The notes under the pieces were generated by a model. It was not told the DNA's origin and made no database searches. It saw only the letters and a list, made by a program, of their open reading frames with translations. Source: an uncultured delta proteobacterium (GTDB lineage Bacteria > Myxococcota > Myxococcia > Myxococcales > Anaeromyxobacteraceae). From it: DNA of 64,000 nt. Positions within the stretch are counted from its first letter, which is position 1; the number at the start of each line of letters is the position of its first letter. The stretch is taken from positions 228,002 through 292,001 of the forward strand of contig CAWFDF010000011.1 of assembly GCA_963814585.1 (NCBI GenBank). The letters run 5' to 3'. Below are positions 12,530 to 22,324 of the stretch, piece after piece. Position numbers and translations under genes: made by a program.

Positions 12530-13119
12530 TCGCGCGGCTCACCGGCGCGCTGGTCGAGAAGGGCGAGGACTTCGCCGTGGTCGACGTCCAGGGCGTCGGC
12601 TACCTGGTCCACCTCTCGACCGCCTCCTCGCTGGCCCTGCCGCCTCGCGGCGAGCGGGTGGCCTTGCGGACCATCACCCACGTCCGCGAGGATGCGCTCG
12701 ACCTGTTCGGCTTCGCGACCGAGGAGGAGGAGGGCGTCTTCCGCGCCCTGCTCGCGGTGAAGGGCGTCGGACCGCGCGCCGCGCAGAAGATCCTCTCCGG
12801 CATCCCGCCGCGCGACCTCGCGCAGGCGGTGGCCCACGGCGACGTGGCGCGGCTCACCAGGGTGCCGGGCGTCGGCAAGAAGACCGCCGAGCGGCTGGTG
12901 GTCGAGCTGAAGGACAAGCTGCTGGCGCTGGCGCAGGCGGCGGGCCCGGTGGTGGCCGGCGCCGGCGGTGGCGTGCTCGGCCAGCTGGCCGCGGCGCTCG
13001 TCAACCTCGGGTACAAGCCGGCCCAGGCCGAGCAGGTGGCCGAGCGGCTGCGAGGCCAGGCCGAGGACATGGCGCTGGACGAGCTGCTGCGCGAGGCGCT
13101 CAAGGCCATCCGGGGGTAG
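12526..13119 (+). CDS. ruvA: Holliday junction branch migration protein RuvA
   Basis: [37 protein letters not shown]. Confidence 0.96.
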   Translation: MIARLTGALVEKGEDFAVVDVQGVGYLVHLSTASSLALPPRGERVALRTITHVREDALDLFGFATEEEEGVFRALLAVKGVGPRAAQKILSGIPPRDLAQAVAHGDVARLTRVPGVGKKTAERLVVELKDKLLALAQAAGPVVAGAGGGVLGQLAAALVNLGYKPAQAEQVAERLRGQAEDMALDELLREALKAIRG

Positions 13120-13157
13120 CCCGCCCGGTCGGCGGGACGTGGTAGGCAAGGAGCCGC

Positions 13158-14198
13158 ATGACCGTGAAGGCCATCCGCGACGTGAGCGCCGGGGCGCTGG
13201 AGGGGGAGGCGAAGCTGGAGCAGTCGCTCCGCCCCGCCACCTTCGACGAGTACGTCGGGCAGGAGAAGATCGTCGAGAACGTCAAGGTGTACGCGCGGGC
13301 CGCCCGGGCGCGCGGCGAGGCGCTCGACCACGTGCTGCTCTCCGGCCCGCCCGGCCTCGGCAAGACGTCGATGGCCCACATCCTGGCGCGCGAGCTCCAG
13401 GTCAGCCTCCACGTGACCAGCGGCCCGGCGCTGGTGAAGAAGGGCGACCTGGCCGGGCTGCTCACCGCGCTGCAGCCGCGCGACATCCTCTTCATCGACG
13501 AGATCCACAGGCTCTCGCCGGCGGTCGAGGAGGCGCTCTACCCGGCCATGGAGGACTTCCGCTTCGACGTGGTGCTGGGTGCCGGGATCGGTGCGCAGAC
13601 CATGGAGATGAAGCTGGAGCGGTTCACGCTCATCGGGGCCACCACCCGGACCGGCCTGCTGGCGGCGCCGCTGCGCGACCGCTTCCCCATCCAGGAGCGG
13701 CTCGACTACTACGCCACGCCCGAGCTGAAGGAGATCGCCACGCGCGCGGCGCGCAAGCTGTCGCTCCCGGTCGAGGAGGCCGCGGTGGAGGAGCTGGCGG
13801 CCAGGGCCCGGGGGACGCCGCGCATCGCCATCCGGCTGCTGCAGCGAGCCCGCGACTTCGCGCAGGTGGAGGGCGACGGGCGGCTCACCCGCGGGGTGGT
13901 CGAGACCACGCTGCGCCGCCTCGACGTGGACGCGCGCGGGCTCGACGCCATGGACCGCCGCATCCTCGCCATCGTGATCGACACCTTCGGCGGGGGCCCG
14001 GTCGGCATCGACGCGGTGGCGGCGTCGGTGGGCGAGGAGTCCGGGACCATCGAGGACGTCTACGAGCCGTTCCTGGTGCGCGAGGGGTTCCTGGCCCGGA
14101 CGTCGCGGGGGAGGATGGCGCTGGAGGCCGCCTACCGCCACCTCGGCAGGATGGACGGGACCGGGCGGCCGGGCGGGGGGCAGGGCCACCTGCTCTAG
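13158..14198 (+). CDS. ruvB: Holliday junction DNA helicase RuvB
   Basis: LRP..FDEYVGQ, GPPGLGKT, FIDEIHRL, RGTPRIA. Confidence 0.97.
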   Translation: MTVKAIRDVSAGALEGEAKLEQSLRPATFDEYVGQEKIVENVKVYARAARARGEALDHVLLSGPPGLGKTSMAHILARELQVSLHVTSGPALVKKGDLAGLLTALQPRDILFIDEIHRLSPAVEEALYPAMEDFRFDVVLGAGIGAQTMEMKLERFTLIGATTRTGLLAAPLRDRFPIQERLDYYATPELKEIATRAARKLSLPVEEAAVEELAARARGTPRIAIRLLQRARDFAQVEGDGRLTRGVVETTLRRLDVDARGLDAMDRRILAIVIDTFGGGPVGIDAVAASVGEESGTIEDVYEPFLVREGFLARTSRGRMALEAAYRHLGRMDGTGRPGGGQGHLL

Positions 14199-14406
14199 CC
14201 GGGTGCCGTGCCGTCGCCGAGACTCCGGCTCATGACAGGGATGTCATGGCCCGTGGCGCCATGTGTCAGGATTTCCGACGGCGACCGCGAGGGCTCCTGG
14301 ACGGGGCGCACCCGGTGGCAGGGCCATCCTGGAGAAATCCGCTTGATCTCCAATGGGATGAGAGTCCTGCCAGGCATGCCAGTCCGTTCCCGGTGACGCC
14401 CTCCCG

Positions 14407-14422
14407 TGGCACGCCAGTTGCT
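14407..14422 (+). promoter_or_regulatory. Sigma54 (-24/-12) promoter of lpxC
   Basis: TGGCACG-CCAG-TTGCT matches the TGGCACG-N4-TTGC consensus, about 100 nt upstream of the ATG. Confidence 0.8.
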
Positions 14423-14524
14423 AAGTACCGGCATCGCAAGAGCGGCCGCCACCTACGGCGACACCTCCGGGTGGAACACCGGAAACCAGGCCGCTGCGGG
14501 CAGCTTCAGGAAGGCGAGAAGAGC

Positions 14525-15448
14525 ATGGCTCACTGGAATCAGCGGACGGTTGCGAAGCGGGTCTCGTGCACGGGCGTCGGCCTGCACTCGGGCGCGCCGG
14601 TCACGCTCACCCTGGCACCGGCCCCGGCGGACGCTGGCGTCTCCTTCGTCCGGATGGACCTGGGCGTCGAGATCCCGGCCCGCTACGACCTGGTCGTCGA
14701 CACCAGGCTCTCCACCTCGCTGGCCGTGGGCAATGCCCGCGTCTCCACCGTCGAGCACGTCCTCTCCGCCCTGCAGGGCATGGGCATCGACAACTGCCGG
14801 GTCGAGGTGGATGGCCCGGAGATCCCCATCCTGGACGGGTCGGCCGCCCCCTTCGTCGCCCTCGTCAACGAGGCCGGCGTGAAGGTGCAGAAGGCCGCCA
14901 AGCGGTACGTCGTCATCACCCAGCCCGTGGAGGTCCGCGAGGGCGACAAGCTGGCCCGGCTCGAGCCGGCCGACGGCTTCTCCGTCAGCTTCACCGCCGA
15001 CTTCGGCCACCCCCTCATCACCAACCAGGGCTTCGAGGTGAACGTCTCCGACCGCTCCTACGAGCGCGAGGTGGCCCGGGCCCGCACCTTCTGCTTCCGC
15101 AAGGACATCGAGGCGATGCAGTCGATGGGGCTGGCCAGGGGTGGCAGCCTCGAGAACGCCATCGTGGTGGACGAGTACTCGATCCTCAACCCCGAGGGGC
15201 TGCGCTGGCCCGACGAGTTCGCCCGCCACAAGGTGCTCGACGCCATCGGCGACCTGGCGCTGCTGGGGCGGCCGCTGCTCGGCGCGTTCACGGCGGTGAA
15301 GGGTGGCCACGCCCTCAACCAGGCGCTGGTGAAGCGGGTCCTCACCGACCCGACCTGCCACCGCATCGTCCAGGTCTCGGAGGAGAGCGAGGGGGCTCGC
15401 GCCCGCCTGCCGGTCTCCGTTGGCGTCGAGTCGCGCCTGCCGGCCTAG
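14525..15448 (+). CDS. lpxC: UDP-3-O-acyl-N-acetylglucosamine deacetylase
   Basis: QRT...GVGLHSG, TVEHVLSAL, PILDGSA, ARTF, RHKVLDAIGDL. Confidence 0.97.
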   Translation: MAHWNQRTVAKRVSCTGVGLHSGAPVTLTLAPAPADAGVSFVRMDLGVEIPARYDLVVDTRLSTSLAVGNARVSTVEHVLSALQGMGIDNCRVEVDGPEIPILDGSAAPFVALVNEAGVKVQKAAKRYVVITQPVEVREGDKLARLEPADGFSVSFTADFGHPLITNQGFEVNVSDRSYEREVARARTFCFRKDIEAMQSMGLARGGSLENAIVVDEYSILNPEGLRWPDEFARHKVLDAIGDLALLGRPLLGAFTAVKGGHALNQALVKRVLTDPTCHRIVQVSEESEGARARLPVSVGVESRLPA

Positions 15449-15527
15449 CGCCCCGCCGCGTCCGGCTGCATCCCGCTGGGAGGCGCCCTTCGTGCGGCGG
15501 GGGGCCGATAGGCCCTAGACTGCGCCC

Positions 15528-16568
15528 GTGTCCATCGCTCCGCCGCCACTCCTGCGCGCCCCGGCCGACGCCCTCGGCCCCACCGGCGAGCCACGCCTGG
15601 GCCGCTACGCCGGGTCGATCGGACGGGTCCAGTTCGACTCGCTGGCGCCCGAGGGCCTGGTGGCGTCCCTGCGCCACGCCGCCCGGTCCAAGCGGTGGCA
15701 GCGCGCGCTCCTGGCGCTCCCCGGCCACCTGCTCTTCCTCGAGATCCTCGACGGCGGAACCCTGGCGGGTGGCTCGGCGTGGATCGCCGAGCGGGCCAGC
15801 GGAGAGGTGCTCTTCGACCGCGACGCCGGCGGCGTGACCGGTCTCAACGTCCATGTCGGGGAGCGGCCGGGCGCCGGGGCCCGCGCCAGCTTCACCGCGC
15901 CGGGGATGGCGCTCGGCCTGGAGCGGCGTGCCGATCGCTTCAGGCTCTCGGCCGATCTCGGGGACGCCCTGCGGCTCGACGTGATGCTCGACACCCGGGA
16001 CTCGCCCGAGCCCTTCTCCCTGGTGGCCGCCCTGCCCGAGGACGGGCTGCGCGCCGCCCAGCTGACCGGGCCCCTCCCCATCGAGGGGAAGCTCGAGGTG
16101 CGCGGCCGGAGGGTGCCGCTCCAGGGCGGCCTCGCCGTGCTGGAGTTCGGCGCCGGGATCTTCCCCCGGGAGGTGGGATGGCGGAAGGTGACGGCGGCCG
16201 GGCGGCTGCCCGACGGCCGGACCGTGGCGCTCCACGTCGTCGACGGGCTGCCGGGCGCCTCGAACCAGGACGGCGCCGACGACGTGCTGCTGGTCGGCGA
16301 CGGGCCGGTGGGGCTGCCTCCGGTGGTGGTGGAGATCGATCCCGGCACCGCCATCGCGCCGTGCCGGATCCTGTCGCCCGACGGCTCGGTGGATCTCACC
16401 TTCCAGCCCGTGGCGGCGCACCGCGACGCCCGCGGCCTGTTGCTGGTGCGGCTGGCGACCACGCAGCTGGTCGGCGAGCTCTCCGGCACCGTCCCCGGCC
16501 CCGGCGGGCGGCCGCTGCAGATCAGCGGGCTGGCGTGCGTGCTCGAGGATCGGCTGGCGAAGTGGTAG
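15528..16568 (+). CDS. DUF2804-like family protein
   Basis: Beta-rich; KRWQ, DGSVDLTFQP, QLVGELSG, VLEDRLAKW C-terminus. Confidence 0.65.
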   Translation: MSIAPPPLLRAPADALGPTGEPRLGRYAGSIGRVQFDSLAPEGLVASLRHAARSKRWQRALLALPGHLLFLEILDGGTLAGGSAWIAERASGEVLFDRDAGGVTGLNVHVGERPGAGARASFTAPGMALGLERRADRFRLSADLGDALRLDVMLDTRDSPEPFSLVAALPEDGLRAAQLTGPLPIEGKLEVRGRRVPLQGGLAVLEFGAGIFPREVGWRKVTAAGRLPDGRTVALHVVDGLPGASNQDGADDVLLVGDGPVGLPPVVVEIDPGTAIAPCRILSPDGSVDLTFQPVAAHRDARGLLLVRLATTQLVGELSGTVPGPGGRPLQISGLACVLEDRLAKW

Positions 16569-16906
16569 GTCCGGCGTCTCCTCTTCCACCTTCACCTCCA
16601 CCTCCACCTCCACCGGCGGTCGACGCTCCGGTGATCGGGTGACGCCGATGGTGCCGGCGCCCGGGAACGCCACCGGCCGCGCCGCCACGCCGGGCGAGGC
16701 GCTGGCCCTCGTGGGTGCGAGACAAGTTCGGTGAGCAGCCGAATCCTTCCTCCCCGGGGAGGGTCGAACACCCCAGGGGCCGGCCGCTCGGCCTCGGGAC
16801 CGGGCCGGCCAGGCCCTGCCCGGGGGTGGTCGGGCGCCCCGCGCCTCGTTACGATCACGTCCCGGCCGCACGGCGGCCACCAGCACCCTGGCCACCAGGA
16901 GGTACC

Positions 16907-17293
16907 ATGCTCTTCGCCGCCCACCTCGTCGCCGCGCTCGTCACGTTCTCCGCACCCGTTGCCGGGGCGCTGCCTCCCCCCGGCCTCGTCGACGGCGCCA
17001 CCGCCCAGCAGCTCCAGGCGGGCGGCGTCACCGTCCTCGACGTGCGCTCGGCGCAGGAGTTCGAGAGCGGGCACGTGCCGGGCGCCCTCAACATCCCCCA
17101 CGACCAGGTGGCGGCCCGGAGCGCCGAGCTGGGCGCCAAGGACCGGCCGGTCCTGCTCTACTGCAGGAGCGGTCGCCGCAGCGGCCTGGCCGCCTCCGAC
17201 CTGGCCAGGCTGGGCTTCACCGCCCTCTACGACTTCAAGTCCATCAGCGCGTGGCCGGGCCCGGTGGACAAGGGTCCGGCGAAGGGGAAGTAG
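16907..17293 (+). CDS. Exported rhodanese-like domain protein
   Basis: LDVRSAQEFESGHVPGALNIP, YCRSGRRS; AGGAGG RBS. Confidence 0.9.
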   Translation: MLFAAHLVAALVTFSAPVAGALPPPGLVDGATAQQLQAGGVTVLDVRSAQEFESGHVPGALNIPHDQVAARSAELGAKDRPVLLYCRSGRRSGLAASDLARLGFTALYDFKSISAWPGPVDKGPAKGK

Positions 17294-17990
17294 AGCTCGG
17301 GGCGGGAGGGAGCGCCGCCCTCGCCTCGGCGAGCGCCCGCCGCAGCGCGCGTTTGGCCAGCAGGCCCACCACCGCCGTGAGCACGGCCAGCCCCGCCAGG
17401 AGCCCCCACGAGTCGAGGCGGAGGCCTTGCACCGCCTGGCGCGGGTCCGGCAGGAGCGAGCCCAGCCAGGCGTAGAGGATGGTCCCGGGCAGCATCCCGA
17501 CGAAGGAGCCGGCCGCGAAGTCGCGCAGGCGCAGCGGCGTGACCCCGACCACGTAGTTCAGCACCGGGAAGGGGACCACCGGGGTGGCGCGCAGCAGGGC
17601 CACCACCTGGAAGCCGCTGCGCCGGATGGCCTCGGCGATGATCGGCCACTCGCCCACCCGGGCGAGCCGGCGGGCCACCACGCCGCGCAGCAGCGTCCGC
17701 CCCAGCAGGAACGGGAGGCAGGAGGCGACGCAGGTGGCCGGTGCCGCCACCAGCACGCCCACCACCGGGCCGAAGGCGTGGCCGGCGCCCACGGTGATGG
17801 GGCCGGCCGGGAGCATGAGCAGGCCCGCCACCAGGTAGACCAGGGCGTAGGCGACCCGCCCGGCAGGCCCGCCCTCCCGCGCCGCGAGGAGGGCCTCGAG
17901 GATCCAGTCGGGCCGTCGCAGCACCGAGAAGGCCAGCGCCGCCAGCGCCAGGCCGACCAGCAGGAGCCGGACCAGGCCCCCGCGGACCAC
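17244..17990 (-). CDS. TVP38/TMEM64 (VTT domain, DedA superfamily) membrane protein
   Basis: LLRATPVVPFPVLNYVVG, GMLPGTILYAWLG; GTG start overlaps TAG at 17990-17992. Confidence 0.85.
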   Translation of the reverse strand: MVRGGLVRLLLVGLALAALAFSVLRRPDWILEALLAAREGGPAGRVAYALVYLVAGLLMLPAGPITVGAGHAFGPVVGVLVAAPATCVASCLPFLLGRTLLRGVVARRLARVGEWPIIAEAIRRSGFQVVALLRATPVVPFPVLNYVVGVTPLRLRDFAAGSFVGMLPGTILYAWLGSLLPDPRQAVQGLRLDSWGLLAGLAVLTAVVGLLAKRALRRALAEARAALPPAPSSTSPSPDPCPPGPATR

Positions 17991-18310
17991 TACCAGGTCC
18001 CGAAGCGGCGGGGGGGGCCGGAGACGCTCAGCCCGCGCGTCGGATCCGTCTTGCGGAGCCCCTCGGACACGGCCCAGCGAAAGAAGGCCCGGGACGCCGA
18101 GAGGCGCAGCCGCCGCGTCCCCAGCCCCGCGGCCGCCTCGACCCAGGCGCGGAGCTGGGCCCTGGTGACGCTGCGGACCCACGCGGCGTCGGGCTGGCGC
18201 CGCGCCCGCCACGCCAGCTGCAGCACGGCCCGAGCGTAGAGGATGGCGGTCCGCGGCGCGCTGCCGGCCGCATCAGGTGGTCACGGAAGCGGACGGCGAT
18301 GGTCACGCTT
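17990..18310 (-). pseudogene. Phage-integrase N-terminal SAM-like domain fragment (frameshifted)
   Basis: RFRDHL.../YARAVLQL...VTRAQLRAWV...RLRLSASRAFFRWAVSEGLRKTDPTRGL. Confidence 0.6.
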
Positions 18311-18499
18311 TGCCACCTTGGGTCGAAACCTGCACGCGCGCGTGCTTGGGACAAACGCGCTTGCTCGGGCCTGATTCCGTAGAGATCGCGAGGGGCCCCA
18401 GGGGTCACCTCGTGCCCTCCTCGAGCTCGCGGGGCGGCCGCTGGGCTGCGAGCGCGGCGAGCTGGGCCACCTGGCCCCGGAAGGCCTCGGGGCGCGTCC

Positions 18500-19147
18500 A
18501 GGCGGCGAGGATGCGAGGAGCACCTCGAGGAGCGTGCTCTTGCCGTTGGCGCCGGTTCCGTAGAGCAGGAAGAGGGCGTGCTCGCCCACGCCGCCGGTGA
18601 GTGAGTAGCCGACGGCGCGCTGGATGAAGTCGCGGAGGCGCTGTTGCGCCCAGTGACGCGCTCGAGGAAGGTCGACCAGGCCGGGCAGCTGGCCGCGGCG
18701 TCAGTACTTCACCGGAGCCAGCCGGGTGATGAGGTCATCGGGCCGGTGAGGCCGGAGCTCGCCGGTGCAGAAGGTCGATGTGTGCCGTTCTCGACGTTGA
18801 GCGCCCACGGGTCGGCGTCGAGGTCCTCAGGGGTCAGGGCCAGCGTGGGGTTGGTGCTCGCAATCCGCAGCATCGCCTCGAGGGCGCGGGCGCTCTCGCT
18901 GGCGATGGCGTGACGCGCCTGGGCCTTCCGGTCGGCCTGGCTGTCCTCCTCGGCCGCCGCCGCGAGCCGCGCGCGCGTTGGCCTCGAGGGCGTAGGTCAT
19001 CACCCGGCGCTTCTCGTCGGCGCGCCATCGGGCGCTGTCCCAGAGGTGCCAGCGGTTCCAGCCGTGGACGTACCGAACGACCCCCCCGAACGTGTTCACG
19101 AACAGCTCGGCATTGCCCGCCTCTGAGAGCTGGAACGGCTGCCCCAT
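18500..19147 (-). pseudogene. Phage/plasmid primase, P4 family (D5-like), fragmented and truncated
   Basis: SEAGNAELF...RYVHGWNRWHLWD, DADPWALNVENG, GYSLTG, LYGTGANGKSTLL (Walker A) across frameshifts. Confidence 0.8.
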
Positions 19148-19519
19148 CACCTGTACCTCCTCGGTCGGCCCGCCAGCGCCGGGTCGGATGCCACGCCGGC
19201 GTGCGGCTGGCCGCCGAGCACCACCAGGTCGAGGATGCCGTTGCGGTCCACGCGCACCAGCTGGCCGGTGGGCCCGACGTAGGTGCGCCCGCGGCTTCAG
19301 CAGCGCCGGCAACCAGGGGCAGGCCCGGCGCCAGCCAGGGGGGAGCGGCACCAGCTCGGGGTCGAAGAGGTCGGGCGTGGTCACTGGAGTTGCTCCGCGG
19401 CCAGGGGCTCCACGACGTCCACCGGGATCGCCCCGTCGGTCCCGAGCTCGACGAAGGCCTCGTGCCAGAGCACGACGGCGACGGACGGGCCGGCCTTCTT
19501 CGGCCGCTCGCGGCGGATG

Positions 19520-20676
19520 ACCACCAGCGGCGACGCCGAGCTTCTCCGACCAGTAGGAGCGGGCGGTCCGCCGGAGGTCGTGCGGCGTCCAGTGCGGCAT
19601 GACCAGCTGCTTCGCCTTGAAGAGCTCCCGGACGTGGCGCGACAGGGCCGTGTCGCTGAGCCGGCCGGTGGCGCTGGAGTGGGGCGGTCTTGAAGACGAG
19701 GTGCGATCCGGCTGTCGTGCCGGGCGCTTCCGGTGCCTGCAGCTTCTCGAAGGCGGTCCACCGCCGCGCGGCGAGAGCGGCACCACCTCGTCGCCGATGG
19801 AGGCGTGCATGGTGGCCTTCCGGTCGGCCTCCGGGATGGTCCAGAGCCCGGCCTCGAGGTCCACGTGCTCCCAGCGGGCGCGGAGCAGCTCGCCGGTCCG
19901 CTTGCCGGTCAGGAGCAGCAGGAGCAGCGCCTGGCGGCCCACCTTGGCGTCCTCGCGCGCACGGGCCGGCGAGGGCGGCGAGGAGCTGCTGCAGCTCCTC
20001 CGGCGAGAGCACGCGCTGGCGGGGCGGGCGCTCGACGGCGCCCAGCGGCGCGGGGCCTGAGGCCCTGGAAGGGCGAGGCGTCGAGGACGCCCAAGCTGCA
20101 GGGCGAAGTTGAACATCTGGCCGAGCAGCCGGTGCGTCCTCGATGCCTGGGTCGCGTGGCCGTCGGCGGCGATGTCCTCGATGACGCGCGTGCCACGCCT
20201 GCTTCGGGCGACGTTCCGCACCCTGAGGTTCTTGAAGCCCGTGCGGCCGCTGGAGGACGAACCGCTTGAGCTCCGCTTCTCGGCTGCGCGGGGGTGCTTG
20301 CGGTGGCCCTGCGAGCGACGCCTGGAACTTGGTCACCAGGCGTCGACGGTCATCTCGTCGGGAGGCCGGCGACCTGGTCGAGGCCCGACAGGCCGCTGCG
20401 CGCCCGGCTCCGCAGCTGCTCGAGCCGCTCGCGGGCCGCCGCCAGGCCGAGGTCGGGATAGCGACCCAGGACCGTCAGGCTCTGCTTCCCGCCGGCCTGG
20501 TCGGTAGAGCACCCAGGTGACGGTGCCGCTCTTGCCGAGGCGGGCGCGCAGCCCGGGGCGGTCGCTGTCGCCCCACTCCTCGCGCTCGCTCGCGGCGCTT
20601 GCCGAGCTGTTCGCGCAGCCACGACTTCTGTGAAGCGACGCACGCGGGGGCGTCGTGTAGGCTTGGGCTCGACCAT
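19520..20676 (-). pseudogene. Tyrosine recombinase/integrase (P4-like, with arm-binding N-terminus), multiply frameshifted
   Basis: LGRYPDLGLAAARER, LLLTGKRTGELLRARWEHVDLEAGLWTIP, WTPHDLRRTARS. Confidence 0.85.
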
Positions 20677-20764
20677 CGTGCCTCCAGCAAGGCCCGCTGG
20701 TTCTGGGGCTCCCGGCTGGCAGGCCGGGAGCCCCTTCTTCTGGCCTCGAGGGTTACGAGGTCCC

Positions 20765-20861
20765 GGGATGAAACCGCGCCTCCTGGGATGAAACCTGGGA
20801 TGAAACGTTCACGCGACCAGGAGCGTACAAGGCCGGTCTGACGCGAACAATCCTTCATCCC
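20765..20861. repeat. Putative integrase arm-type sites
   Basis: GGGATGAAAC at 20765, 20785 and 20797 plus inverted TTCATCCC at 20854, between the integrase start and the element end. Confidence 0.6.
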
Positions 20862-20944
20862 GGAAGCCCTATCGCACGCCTGCGAGTATCTGCTGACCTG
20901 GATCGCAGGCAGGATCGGGCGGATGCGAAGTCCCGAAAACAGGG

Positions 20945-22219
20945 TTACCACGTCCCGAACCGCCTGCGCGCCTCGGCGGTGAGCGCGTCACGCTGCGACG
21001 GGTGCGCGATGGCGATGAGCGCCGCGGCCCGCTGCCGGAGGTTCTTGCCCCACAGGTCGGCGATGCCGTGCTCGGTCACCACGTAGTGGACGTGGGCGCG
21101 GGTGGAGACCACGCCGGCGCCGGGCTTCAGGTAGGAGACGATGCGGGACTCGCCCTTCGGGGTGGTGGAGGGGAGCGCGATGATCGGCTTCCCGCCCTCC
21201 GAGAGCGCCGCGCCGCGCATGAAGTCCATCTGGCCGCCGACCCCGGAGTAGAGGCGGTCGCCGAGGGAGTCGGCGCAGACCTGCCCGGTCAGGTCGACCT
21301 CGAGGGCGCTGTTGATGGCGATGACCTTGCGGTTGCGGCGGATCACGGCGGTGTCGTTGACGTAGGCGATGTCGAGCATCGACACCTGCGGGTTGTCGTC
21401 GATGAAGTCGTAGAGGGCGCGGCCGCCCAGCGCGAAGCCGGCCACCACCTTCCCCGGGTAGACGGTCTTGGCCTCGCCGGTGATGACGCCGCGCTCGACC
21501 AGGTCGACCACGCCGTCGGTGAGCATCTCGGTGTGCATGCCCAGGCGGCGGTGATCGCGCAGGCCGAGCAGGGTGGCGTTGGGGATGGCGCCGATGCCGA
21601 GCTGCAGGCAGGCGCCGTCCTCGACCAGCTCGGCGCAGTGGAGCCCGATGGCCTTCTCCGCCTCGGTGAGCGGGTGGTGGGTCTCCTCGGGGATGGGGTC
21701 GTCGACCAGGACCAGGAAGTCGATGTCGTCCTGGTGCAGGATGCCGTCGCCGTGGGTGCGCGGCATGTTGGGGTTGACCTGGGCGATGACGGTGCGGGCC
21801 ACCTCCACCGCGGCGCGGGTCACGTCGACCGAGACGCCCAGCGAGCAGAAGCCGTGCCGGTCGGGGGGCGAGACCTGGATGAGGGCCACGTCGAGCGGCA
21901 GCACGCCGGCGCGGAAGAGCTGCGGCACCTCGGAGAGGAAGACCGGAAGGTAGTCGGCGCGCCCCTCGTTGACGGCCTGCCGGACGTTGGCGCCGACGAA
22001 GAGGGCGTTGACGCGGAAGCTCCTGGCCATCTCCGGGGCGGCGTAGGGCGCGGCCCCCTCGGTGTGCAGGTGGACCACCTCGACCACCCGCAGCTCGTCG
22101 GACCGGGCCGTCATGGCGGCGATCAGCCGCTGCGGCGCGGCGGCGACGCTGTGGACGAAGACGCGGTCCCCGGACCGGATGACGGCGACGGCTTCCTGGG
22201 CGGTGACGGTGCGGGACAT
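20945..22219 (-). CDS. Acetyl-CoA hydrolase/transferase (4-hydroxybutyrate CoA-transferase-like)
   Basis: LQLGIGAIP, HTEM, EVDLTGQVCADS, SGVGGQMDF, VTEHGIADL. Confidence 0.95.
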   Translation of the reverse strand: MSRTVTAQEAVAVIRSGDRVFVHSVAAAPQRLIAAMTARSDELRVVEVVHLHTEGAAPYAAPEMARSFRVNALFVGANVRQAVNEGRADYLPVFLSEVPQLFRAGVLPLDVALIQVSPPDRHGFCSLGVSVDVTRAAVEVARTVIAQVNPNMPRTHGDGILHQDDIDFLVLVDDPIPEETHHPLTEAEKAIGLHCAELVEDGACLQLGIGAIPNATLLGLRDHRRLGMHTEMLTDGVVDLVERGVITGEAKTVYPGKVVAGFALGGRALYDFIDDNPQVSMLDIAYVNDTAVIRRNRKVIAINSALEVDLTGQVCADSLGDRLYSGVGGQMDFMRGAALSEGGKPIIALPSTTPKGESRIVSYLKPGAGVVSTRAHVHYVVTEHGIADLWGKNLRQRAAALIAIAHPSQRDALTAEARRRFGTW

Positions 22220-22324
22220 GAAGCGCGGTGCTCCTCGGCTGGATGGGGTGCGGCACGATACCAGCGCTGCCGTCCGGGTGGGAATCGATCCGGCGGAAGG
22301 CCGGGGCCGGTCCGGCCGGGGCGT

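Larger units (their letters stand above)
17990..20965 (-). mobile_element. Degraded integrative element (tyrosine integrase + P4/D5-type primase remnants) inserted in the 3' end of the acetyl-CoA hydrolase gene
   Basis: Integrase and primase motifs split over several frames; RRFGTW*-coding sequence at both ends. Confidence 0.75.

Noticed and set aside
16585..16614. (CCACCT)n short tandem repeat
   Set aside because: Only about five imperfect intergenic hexamers; no evidence of function.
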